Made by a program: the position numbers and the translations under genes. Shown here one piece after another: positions 1-7,930 of a stretch of DNA of 64,000 nt. Positions within the stretch are counted from its first letter, which is position 1. Each line of letters opens with the position of its first letter. The stretch comes from a virus: the IMG/VR virus record IMGVR_UViG_3300028800_000069, positions 1 to 64,000 of that record; one strand, written 5' to 3'. The notes beneath the pieces were generated by a model. It had not been told where the DNA came from, did no database searches, and worked only from the letters and a program-made list of their open reading frames with translations.

Positions 1-178
1 AACTGTTGAGGAAGGGCTGTGTGAAAGGTGAAATCGTTGGATCGTTCGTGAAGATTTGACCTTCTCCCGGCGTGTCCGTTTGACCTGCTTGGGTATCGTT
101 TACCAAACTGCGTACTAGGTCCATTACTGTTGCAAGACTTGTAGTTTGCTGCCCTACATTAAGGGTTGGTGAAGACAT
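1..178 (-). CDS. Virion structural protein, N-terminal part only (possible head-completion/adaptor protein); runs off the window edge
   Basis: ATG at 178 after GAGAGG; open to base 1 (MSSPTLNVGQQTTSLATVMDLVRSLVND...). Function is inferred only from its position downstream of the capsid operon. Confidence 0.5.
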   Translation of the reverse strand, partial: MSSPTLNVGQQTTSLATVMDLVRSLVNDTQAGQTDTPGEGQIFTNDPTISPFTQPFLNS

Positions 179-762
179 TGTGCATTCCTCTCTACAACTT
201 TAGTACACAACTCTAGGAATCTTTTCTTGGGCAAGTCCATCTTCATAGCGTCGATGTCTGCACAGCAAGGTACACAGTTTTCTTCTGTGTACCCCTTTGA
301 GTTGTCTACCCTGTCTATTCCGTTGTAGGTGTACTGCTCTCCTGAGCGTACTGTTTTCACATTGGACGGCAATTCTCCTGTGTAATAACACGGAGACTGC
401 GTAAGCGTATAAAACTGTTCCTCGGTTAACTCCCAAGTCAGTCCTCTGTGTTTCGCATTTGCCTTGTACTGATCTAGACATCTACGAAAGGCAGTTCCCG
501 GCTTCCTACTCTTAGCCTTCCACTGCTCACTTGCCTGTACTTCTTTCACGTAACAACCACAACTTCTTGTAGTAGTTACTGCGCTTGGACATGACAGGTG
601 GCATCCTCTTATAACTTTAGTTCCTCCACACTCACATGTGCAGAACCAATACCTAATCAACTGCCCTGTTTTACCTTTTGGTTTGGAATGATGCAAACTT
701 TGAACAGTAAGCCTTCCAAACTTCATCCCAACTAAATCCTTGAATTGCCCTAATCTTGGCAT
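154..762 (-). CDS. HNH-type homing endonuclease
   Basis: KFGRLTV...CTCECG...SCGC N-terminal module plus CYY...GIDRVDNSKGYTEENCVPCC; likely start MPRLG after GGAGG. Paralogous to 49115-49642. Confidence 0.8.
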   Translation of the reverse strand: MPRLGQFKDLVGMKFGRLTVQSLHHSKPKGKTGQLIRYWFCTCECGGTKVIRGCHLSCPSAVTTTRSCGCYVKEVQASEQWKAKSRKPGTAFRRCLDQYKANAKHRGLTWELTEEQFYTLTQSPCYYTGELPSNVKTVRSGEQYTYNGIDRVDNSKGYTEENCVPCCADIDAMKMDLPKKRFLELCTKVVERNAQCLHQPLM

Positions 763-1053
763 TATATTCCTCCGCAAAGGTTTGTGAGGCGCATTGCGGT
801 GCGCCCCACCACTGCTTGGGAGCTACCCAAAGCAGGTACAAACTAAACAGAGGGGGACAGGGCTAAGTTTACGGCTTTTGGACTCAGATCAAAAGCGGTT
901 CTCTCCCTGTCCCCCTAAGATTGGTACAGAAATTACATGGCACCCTTGCCCACCCGGAAGTACGGGGGACTCAGAACCCCGCTTCCTGACGGAAACACGA
1001 GTGCCAAGCTTGTTACTGAAATGTGCGCGGCGTTGTTCTGCCGCGACTTGATG

Positions 1054-1905
1054 TTACACAGCCTTTGGCTGTCTTGGTGCATATCGCTCATCTTCTGTTG
1101 CTTCGTACGCCTGTGCGCGACTGCGGACGCCTGCCTTGATAGCTGCATCCCAATCTCCAATACACAAACCGCCTCCGTCCATAGGATGGAACGGTGCACC
1201 GACACGCGCAGGTGATCCGCAACGTGGGCAGTTCTCCAAGTGGACTTCCTTCTTGTGCCAGTTGAAAGTCTCGTGGAAGTAATCCGCTGCAGCGTGGTGC
1301 GCTGGAGTCAACACTGCAGGCAATGCCTGAGGGTTAGATGTCTCCACTGCACGCGCTTCAGTAAGCAGACTACGATAGTGCGCTTCAAGACGGCGCGTAG
1401 CAGCAGCCAGTTCCTTTTCGGTAGGCTCTTCACTCAAAGACCAGAACACTCCCAGTCTTCCAAGGTTTTGTCCTACGGAATCACTGCCTGTAACAACCGC
1501 GTCTTGGTCTAGCGTCCAGTTGTCAGGATTCACGATGTCCATTGCCATGCGTCGTCCGTCCATGACGGTGATGTCAATTTCGTTGGAGTCGATGTTTCCC
1601 TTCGGCATCTTGAAAGGAGAAGGCAGCTTGGTCACTCTTGCATACTTCTCACTCTCTTTACGTGCCGGAATAACCATTTCCTTAATCACTGGCAGGCGTG
1701 AAATCTTGTACTCCTGCTTTGCGATGTTGAACAGATAAACAAAGAAGTCGGCTGGACGACTCAGCATGTAGTCTGCTGTAGAGAAGTTCCAATCGATGTT
1801 GTTGATCTTGCTCAAGCTGGAGGCGGCTCCAGTATTCACTGCTGTGCTACTAACTAGCTTTGCTGAGATTTCGGGCATTATGAGTCCTTCTGGCGCGTAC
1901 GCCAT
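1054..1905 (-). CDS. Hypothetical phage protein with a C-terminal CxxC motif
   Basis: 283-aa ORF co-oriented in the late operon; contains CPRCG. Confidence 0.6.
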   Translation of the reverse strand: MAYAPEGLIMPEISAKLVSSTAVNTGAASSLSKINNIDWNFSTADYMLSRPADFFVYLFNIAKQEYKISRLPVIKEMVIPARKESEKYARVTKLPSPFKMPKGNIDSNEIDITVMDGRRMAMDIVNPDNWTLDQDAVVTGSDSVGQNLGRLGVFWSLSEEPTEKELAAATRRLEAHYRSLLTEARAVETSNPQALPAVLTPAHHAAADYFHETFNWHKKEVHLENCPRCGSPARVGAPFHPMDGGGLCIGDWDAAIKAGVRSRAQAYEATEDERYAPRQPKAV

Positions 1906-1920
1906 TCTGAGTTTCTGAGT

Positions 1921-2655
1921 CTAAATCGTGGGATTTGCTGAGTGCGAACTAAGTCCTCTCCCTAAGGTCTTAGCGTTTGTTACCATCCTGTTCCAGTGCC
2001 GAGTCATTTGCTCAACTTTCTTGTCTATGAGTGAAGTCCTGCACCCTTGCCGTGCGTATGACACAGGGCCTTTGAAGGCAAGAGAAGAATCTCTCATGCA
2101 ATCTTCGATCATAGTTAAGTCTGCTGCATCGTCCTTGTCTTTCTGTTCCTTCAGTGCTGCCATGGTTTTCTCGTAGGAGATTTCCCTAGCCTGCATAATG
2201 ATAGGAACTACTGTGTCCAAGACAAATGAGTTTAGAGGCATTGCTTCAATGTGCATCTTACCGTTTTGCATGTCACGCCAGCACATGTTGTACAGTAGAG
2301 TGTACTTCCCTGAGTAAGGGTACTCTCCTAGCATTTGCAACCCAGTGTCTTCGTCTATGTTTCCAACGTAGTATGACTCTGGTGTTCCGTATGACAGAGC
2401 GTCTTGCCACTGCATCAACATCCAACTAGGAGTTCCTCCACCTACCAGAAGGTCTCTGTACCCTCTGTAGCTGGGTTGTCCTTCTACGGTCCAGTCGCCT
2501 CCGGCGCGGTACGTACACTCGGGTTCGCCGCCCATTCCCCAACGCACAATGAAGCTTGGTTGGTCGTAGCGGTTAGTCCCTCCAATACGCGTAAGCTCTT
2601 CTTGGAACCACTCTGGGCATTGGTTGTACTGATAACTATCCGTTGGATTGGGCAT
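1921..2655 (-). CDS. Hypothetical phage protein
   Basis: 244-aa ORF, tightly packed in the late operon. Confidence 0.6.
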   Translation of the reverse strand: MPNPTDSYQYNQCPEWFQEELTRIGGTNRYDQPSFIVRWGMGGEPECTYRAGGDWTVEGQPSYRGYRDLLVGGGTPSWMLMQWQDALSYGTPESYYVGNIDEDTGLQMLGEYPYSGKYTLLYNMCWRDMQNGKMHIEAMPLNSFVLDTVVPIIMQAREISYEKTMAALKEQKDKDDAADLTMIEDCMRDSSLAFKGPVSYARQGCRTSLIDKKVEQMTRHWNRMVTNAKTLGRGLSSHSANPTI

Positions 2656-2947
2656 CTTGTGTGCTGCCCTCCTGAGCCTTCATTGCTTCGCGCTGTGCAG
2701 CTACCTGCGCCTTCTTCACTTCGACGTAATCATCGATCTCTTTTCGATCAACGATTGCTAGTTTCTTTTCTAGGATGAAGTTGAGCAGAAGTGCTGCGGT
2801 GTCTGCCATACCCATCAACTCGTTGTCGTTGGTGGCTAATTTCATGAACAGAGTCTGTGCCTCACGCCGAGTCATGGGTGCATCCCAGTACTTATCGTAA
2901 GGGCGCTGAATAGGTGATTCGTTTGGATCAATAAGTAGGCTAGACAT
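2636..2947 (-). CDS. Hypothetical phage protein
   Basis: 103-aa ORF overlapping both neighbours, consistent with translational coupling. Confidence 0.55.
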   Translation of the reverse strand: MSSLLIDPNESPIQRPYDKYWDAPMTRREAQTLFMKLATNDNELMGMADTAALLLNFILEKKLAIVDRKEIDDYVEVKKAQVAAQREAMKAQEGSTQDAQSNG

Positions 2948-3542
2948 AGTTGTTCACCTCTACTGGCTTGTACACGCCACGAATGTCTTGCACACGAACC
3001 ACATCTAGGTCTTCGCTGGCTTCGAACTCTACGCCTATTGCATCGCACATAGCTTCTACTTGCGCATCGGGAACCTTAAGCTTCTCCGCATTGTATTCGC
3101 CAAAGAGAACTCGGTACCCCGGCTTGATGATGTCGGACAGTCTGGTTTTGACTCCACCCATAACAACAAAATCACCAACCGCTAGGACAATACCTACGTT
3201 TGAATGCTGTCTGTACTTTGCTGGAATGATGAACCCTGTGCGTTTGTCACGCATAGAGCCGTCTTCAAGCTGTTCCATGTTCTTGTCTTCTGCCACGCGC
3301 TTGATAAGCACACGGTCAAGGATTGGTGTGAAGGGTTCATACTGCTTCTCTGGGAACTTTGGTTCTGCCTTCTTCACTGGTTCTGAGTCGAATCTTGAGC
3401 GTCGGTCAATTACTGTGATCCCACTGCCTAGCTCTTCTGGAGCCACGTTGTGCAGTTCGATAGGATCGTTTACTTCACTACCACCTGCTGAGAACTGGGC
3501 ACTGCGAGCGCCCCGTGCTAATACATCTCCACCTGAGTTCAT
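2940..3542 (-). CDS. groES: GroES/Cpn10-like co-chaperonin with an N-terminal extension
   Basis: FTPILDRVLIKRV...GFIIP...GIVLAVGD...KPGYRVLFGEY...VVRVQDIRGV matches the Cpn10 pattern; start MNSGG after AGGAG. Confidence 0.8.
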   Translation of the reverse strand: MNSGGDVLARGARSAQFSAGGSEVNDPIELHNVAPEELGSGITVIDRRSRFDSEPVKKAEPKFPEKQYEPFTPILDRVLIKRVAEDKNMEQLEDGSMRDKRTGFIIPAKYRQHSNVGIVLAVGDFVVMGGVKTRLSDIIKPGYRVLFGEYNAEKLKVPDAQVEAMCDAIGVEFEASEDLDVVRVQDIRGVYKPVEVNNYV

Positions 3543-3675
3543 TGAGTCTCCTGAGTCTTTCTGAGTTAAGAATCGATCCTCGGAGGACCAGTCCCTATAC
3601 GTTTGCGCGAGAGGGGCTGGGCCGAGGGCATTGCTCATGCACCGCAAAGTGCCAAGCAAAAGTCGTTTTCATTGC

Positions 3676-3708
3676 AAAACAAAAGGCCCTGCGAGTGATC
3701 GCAGAGCC
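3676..3708 (-). terminator. Rho-independent terminator after the capsid and endonuclease genes
   Basis: Minus strand GGCTCTGCGA-tcac-TCGCAGGGCC followed by TTTTGTTTT. Confidence 0.75.
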
Positions 3709-3715
3709 TGCTTTG

Positions 3716-4198
3716 CTAAATTCGTTTGTATGAGTCTAGGTAACGCAACGCACGCCCTGTCCATGACTCCAGTTTCCCTATGAGTGTTGGAAACGGGATG
3801 ACCAAGGCTTCTTTCAAAATTGCTTCTAGGAATCCTACCATGCGGTTGCAATCTGCACAAAGAATGCCACGGTTGCATTTACCACACGTTAGTTCCTTGT
3901 CACAACATGTGTGATCGTGATCTACAGCCATTCGACGTTTATCATCACCTTGTACTGCCTTGCACAGTGCGCAGTGACCGCCTTGTTCTTTTAGCTGCAA
4001 TTCGTACTCTTCCACCGTCATCTTATGGCGTCTTTCCATTTGCTTTCTTCGCCCATACTCCGGTGTGTACCACTTACCGTTTGGAAGTGTTGTCTCCCAC
4101 GCTGCTGTAGCCTCTTGAAGTTTCCGGCGAAACTCCGGGTCTTCAGCGTAGCGTTTACGGTCATTCTTTCTTCGGTCTTCTTTGTTCTTATACGGCAT
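3716..4198 (-). CDS. Endonuclease VII-family (His-Me finger) free-standing homing endonuclease
   Basis: QGGHCALC...MAVDHDH...RGILCADCN is the Endo VII signature; likely start MPYKN after GAGGAG. Confidence 0.85.
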   Translation of the reverse strand: MPYKNKEDRRKNDRKRYAEDPEFRRKLQEATAAWETTLPNGKWYTPEYGRRKQMERRHKMTVEEYELQLKEQGGHCALCKAVQGDDKRRMAVDHDHTCCDKELTCGKCNRGILCADCNRMVGFLEAILKEALVIPFPTLIGKLESWTGRALRYLDSYKRI

Positions 4199-4260
4199 TA
4201 ATTTTCTCCTCTGCAAAGGTAGAGCAGGAACCCTGTTGCAGCAAGGTTCCTACTCCATCT

Positions 4261-4289
4261 ATGGTATCACAACTGCAATTGTAATACAA
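4261..4289 (-). promoter_or_regulatory. Sigma70-like promoter for the Endo VII gene
   Basis: TTGTAT-17 nt-TACCAT; resembles TTGCAA-17-TACAAT upstream of the HNH-AP2 gene (both contain TTGTGATAC). Confidence 0.45.
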
Positions 4290-4297
4290 GGACAAAA

Positions 4298-4387
4298 TTA
4301 CACCGTTGGAACGGCGGCATTCTGAATATACAAGCCAGCGCGAGGAGCCGCATTGGCAAGGTTAAAGCACGTATTGTACGCAAACAT
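4298..4387 (-). CDS. Major capsid protein, exon 2
   Basis: Reads MFAYNTCFNLANAAPRAGLYIQNAAVPTV*, in frame with exon 1 once 4388-4591 is removed. Confidence 0.85.
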   Translation of the reverse strand: MFAYNTCFNLANAAPRAGLYIQNAAVPTV

Positions 4388-4591
4388 CATTTTGTTACAC
4401 GCTTTGCGTGGTGTAGTCATTTCTGCTACACTCTCATGGTTTATTTTCCATGAAGATCGGACTATTGCATCACTCTTTCGAGCGCCCTATCGCTTAGTCT
4501 CTCACGGTCCCTATTGGGTTCCGCCTCGTTGCCGTTTCAGGTTTCGAGTCAATCAGATTGGGTTTTACTCGCACATGTTTTGCGTCGGTTT
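4388..4591 (-). ncRNA. Group I self-splicing intron (204 nt, no internal ORF)
   Basis: P1 UCGCAU/GUGCGA with a U-G pair at the 5' splice site; IGS AAACAU pairs with the 3' exon AUGUUU (P10); P7 elements GAGACUAAG and GCAAUAGUCC; terminal G at 4388. Confidence 0.88.
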
Positions 4592-5833
4592 ATGCGAAGT
4601 CAAATACGTTCCGTTCGTGGTGCCCACGTCTGGAACTGGTGCTACGACGTTTCCGCCGCCGAAGTCATACAACTCCAGTGGGGAAAGCTCACCGATGTAC
4701 CAGTTCTCCATCAGGAGAAGGTCCATACGGCTAGCAGTAGCGGTAGCGCTCTTGTGGTACTTGCGTCCACCGAACGTATCGCTGAAGTAGCGCTTGGACA
4801 TGTCCAGAGTCTTCTCGCCCTTAACTTCCTGAGCGTTGACGATCTGCACATTGTACATCAGGTTGCTCTGGGCAAATGCTTGCTCAAGAGGACCATACCA
4901 AATACCAGACTTCAGGGACTCTGCGTCTGGGCCGAGTGCACGGGTCAGGAGCACTTCTGCACGTTGCGCGATTCCGGGGGTAATAGCTGCACCATTCAGG
5001 TTAATGGTTGGTGTGCTCAAACGTCCGGGGTACGCATTGCGGTTCAGTCCACCGATGGTTCCGGTGTTGCTGTTCACGTCCCAAGCCTTGATACCTAGGA
5101 TCGAGTTGCCGCTGCCGTACGATGCGCCAGCCACAACGATGTAGTCGGTCACGACAACATCAGAGGGCAGTGCGGTACTGAAAAACAGAGTGTTGCTGGG
5201 GCCATCGGAGTAGCTGATGGTTGCGCTAGACACTCCACCAGTGCGCTGAACACCACCCGTGCTGTAGAACTTCACGACCTGTTGGTCGGTGAAAGCCACT
5301 GCGACGTTGATGCCAGTGATGCTGGCGGTCTGGGCTGCAGGTGATCCGCCGCTCAGAACGATGACTGCTGTTGCAGGAATCTGGTCGATCATGCCCGTAC
5401 CATCCGAGTTGATAAGACCTTCAATACCCTGCATTGCGCTGTCCAGAGAGTTCTTCATTTCCTGTGCCTTCACAGCGAAGAGACCCTTCTGCTTGGAATC
5501 GGTGGAAGCCTGAGCTAGCCACGAAATCTCGCAGACGTTGAACAGATAAACCGGGGCCAGAGCGAAGGAAGCCCATTGCGAACCGCTGCCACGTAGCATG
5601 CTGTCTGCATTGCCCGTGCCTTGAGTAATTGCCGCACCAGCCTGCACCCGGAAAGGTACGCGGAATGATGCACGTTGCGTCCCGCCAGCGTTCGACTGGT
5701 TGGACACAGGGATTTTGGTTGCTTCTGCCTTGAACATGCTGTATGCAGTGGTCCCGTGGAAAACTAGATCGGGTATCTCCTTGGCAAACGCATCTAATTC
5801 AACTGCTTCTACTGCGGCTTCTAAAAGAGCCAT
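4592..5833 (-). CDS. Major capsid protein, exon 1 (414 codons; spliced product 443 aa)
   Basis: Position after portal and scaffold, size, and Ala/Gly/Ser/Thr-rich composition typical of HK97-fold capsid proteins. Confidence 0.8.
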
Positions 5834-6113
5834 ATAACCTACTATGCTGCTATGAAAAGTTCCACGTAAAATGATAGGGTCTCTGAGCGAACCTAACCGG
5901 AACTGTTCCGCTGAGTCGTTCTACTGCGTTTGTGCTGCAGCAATTCTTGGTGTGCCCATATTTAAGGTGTTGTCGCCACCGCCACACTTCAGAACTGACG
6001 ATGAGATGTAACTCCGTAATGTCTGAAACCTGCCGTCAGGCTTCGCATGCTAGTTGCTGTCCGTTGGTTCCATCAGACATTACGGAGGCACATCTCTGTG
6101 CTCTCCTTGATTC

Positions 6114-6323
6114 TTACAGAGACTGCGTGCCTACAACGTCCGTTGCTAGAACGGTGATGTTGTATGGTACATCAGGGGCTGTTGGTTGTGCCGCTGAACC
6201 TGTGCATCGCACAGTCAGAGACGCTTGACTTCCAGAACCAGATACAGCAGTTACGACGCCAACGACTGATACTTGATCATTGACTTCGATGGGCTTGCCG
6301 TTACGAGTTGTTCCTGTTGCCAT
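6114..6323 (-). CDS. Small beta-rich protein, possible capsid decoration protein
   Basis: 69 aa, Val/Thr/Gly-rich, lies between scaffold and capsid genes. Confidence 0.45.
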   Translation of the reverse strand: MATGTTRNGKPIEVNDQVSVVGVVTAVSGSGSQASLTVRCTGSAAQPTAPDVPYNITVLATDVVGTQSL

Positions 6324-6357
6324 TTGTTACTCTTTTCTCTGAGATCGGATACGACAT

Positions 6358-7875
6358 CTACTTCCGCCATGTAATGAACTTGACGGACTTACCGTCTGTA
6401 GTCTTAACGAAGCCGCGTCCCATAATCTGTAGCGTAACCAAATCAGAGGAAGAATATTCCTTGCCTCCGACCTTAATTGCGTCACGCACAAGATTTGCAG
6501 GGCGACTTGCAACGTATATTGGCTTTCCTGTGGCTACTGACTTTGCTGCATCTTTGACTGCCGCGTCCTTCTTCACTGTTGCTGCGGCTGCTTTGCCTGC
6601 CGCACTACCGCCCTTTGCGTAACCGGGGTAGCGTGCTTGGATTGTCTTAGTCACAATGTCGTTGGCAATAGACTGGACCTTTGCATCGTGGTATTGAACC
6701 ATCTTTGCACGGTCTGGTGTCTTCTGCTTCCACATCGCGTCCATCTGTATCTGGTAGGCTTTATCGGCCTTCAGTGCAGCGTACAGTCTGTCCTTGATTC
6801 CATTTCCTAAGTCAATGATTGTCTCTCGTGGGAAATCCTTGAAGAAAGGCTTAGACCTTAAAAATGCACCTAAGGATTTTCCTAGAATATCATTGTTCTT
6901 GTGTTCGCACTCTTCAGCGACTCCACTTTCAAATTTCTTACGCTCAGCAGTGGCCGCATCAGTCTTTGTCTTTTCGAATTCTGCCTTTTCTGCTAAGAAC
7001 TTCTTACGCTCCGGTGTTTCCGCTGGAGTTGTGGTTCTGTTCTTTGCATCGTTGCTTAGATCGGTATACCAGTCTGTGAGGCTCTTAACTAAGCTGGTGA
7101 TCTTGGCAACATCAGGAACTGTTTCTCCCTTATCATTCTTTGTTGCAAGCGCAGCGTTGAATTGACTTACAAAGGAATCCATCTTGACTTCCTTCAACGC
7201 TTCTGCAACTACCGGGATGGTCGTATTGTAGAATGCATCGGCATCATGTGCCTTCAGCTTCTGTAATAGCGACGGTGCCAGTACACCTAGTGCCTCTGGG
7301 TGACCGCTGGCTTTAAGGTCTTCAATAACGTTGTCCCACAGCTTTGGATCGGCTGCGTAAAGCAACTCATCTGTTGCAGTAACCGCTTCGATTGCGTCCT
7401 GCATCTTTTGATAGCCTTCTGGGCCACCTACTGAGTCGATGAAGGCTTTGGCTTCTTGCATTTCTGCAACGCCTTTTGGGAAGATTTGCTTTGCAGCATT
7501 CCATCGCTCAAAAGAGCCGTGCAGTTCCTTAACAACTCCAGCGTTCTTTGGGTCTGCATCTCGCATGGCTTTCAGTGCTGTGCGGACGTTTGCTGGGGTT
7601 GCATCTGTCGGAGTATTCTTGGCAGCGGCTGCGGTCTTGAACGCCTCTTGTTCTTCAGGTGTCTTTTCCGTTCCATCTGCATTAAGTGTTTCGGTTTCTT
7701 TACCTGCAGTATCGGTGGTATCATCCGTGCTGATGTCTGTGGTATCCGCTGTTGAGTCGGCAACGGTTGTATCTACTGTTGAGTCTACAGTAGTGTCCAC
7801 AGTGGTATCTGCTGAGTCTGATGTAGCTGCGGCTGAGGAATCCAGCATCGCAAAATCTACGATATCTGTTGCCAT
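6358..7875 (-). CDS. Probable capsid scaffolding protein
   Basis: 505 aa; acidic Asp/Thr low-complexity N-terminus (DTTV/DSTV repeats) and helical body; lies between portal and capsid. Confidence 0.6.
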   Translation of the reverse strand: MATDIVDFAMLDSSAAATSDSADTTVDTTVDSTVDTTVADSTADTTDISTDDTTDTAGKETETLNADGTEKTPEEQEAFKTAAAAKNTPTDATPANVRTALKAMRDADPKNAGVVKELHGSFERWNAAKQIFPKGVAEMQEAKAFIDSVGGPEGYQKMQDAIEAVTATDELLYAADPKLWDNVIEDLKASGHPEALGVLAPSLLQKLKAHDADAFYNTTIPVVAEALKEVKMDSFVSQFNAALATKNDKGETVPDVAKITSLVKSLTDWYTDLSNDAKNRTTTPAETPERKKFLAEKAEFEKTKTDAATAERKKFESGVAEECEHKNNDILGKSLGAFLRSKPFFKDFPRETIIDLGNGIKDRLYAALKADKAYQIQMDAMWKQKTPDRAKMVQYHDAKVQSIANDIVTKTIQARYPGYAKGGSAAGKAAAATVKKDAAVKDAAKSVATGKPIYVASRPANLVRDAIKVGGKEYSSSDLVTLQIMGRGFVKTTDGKSVKFITWRK

Positions 7876-7930
7876 TTGTTGAGTCCTTCAATCTGAGTTA
7901 GGGCCGTGAATAATCACGGCCCCTTTGTTC

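Noticed and set aside
4565-4591. Capsid C-terminus KPTQNMCE* as given by the ORF track
   Set aside because: This is read-through into the group I intron; the real C-terminus is exon 2 (4298-4387).
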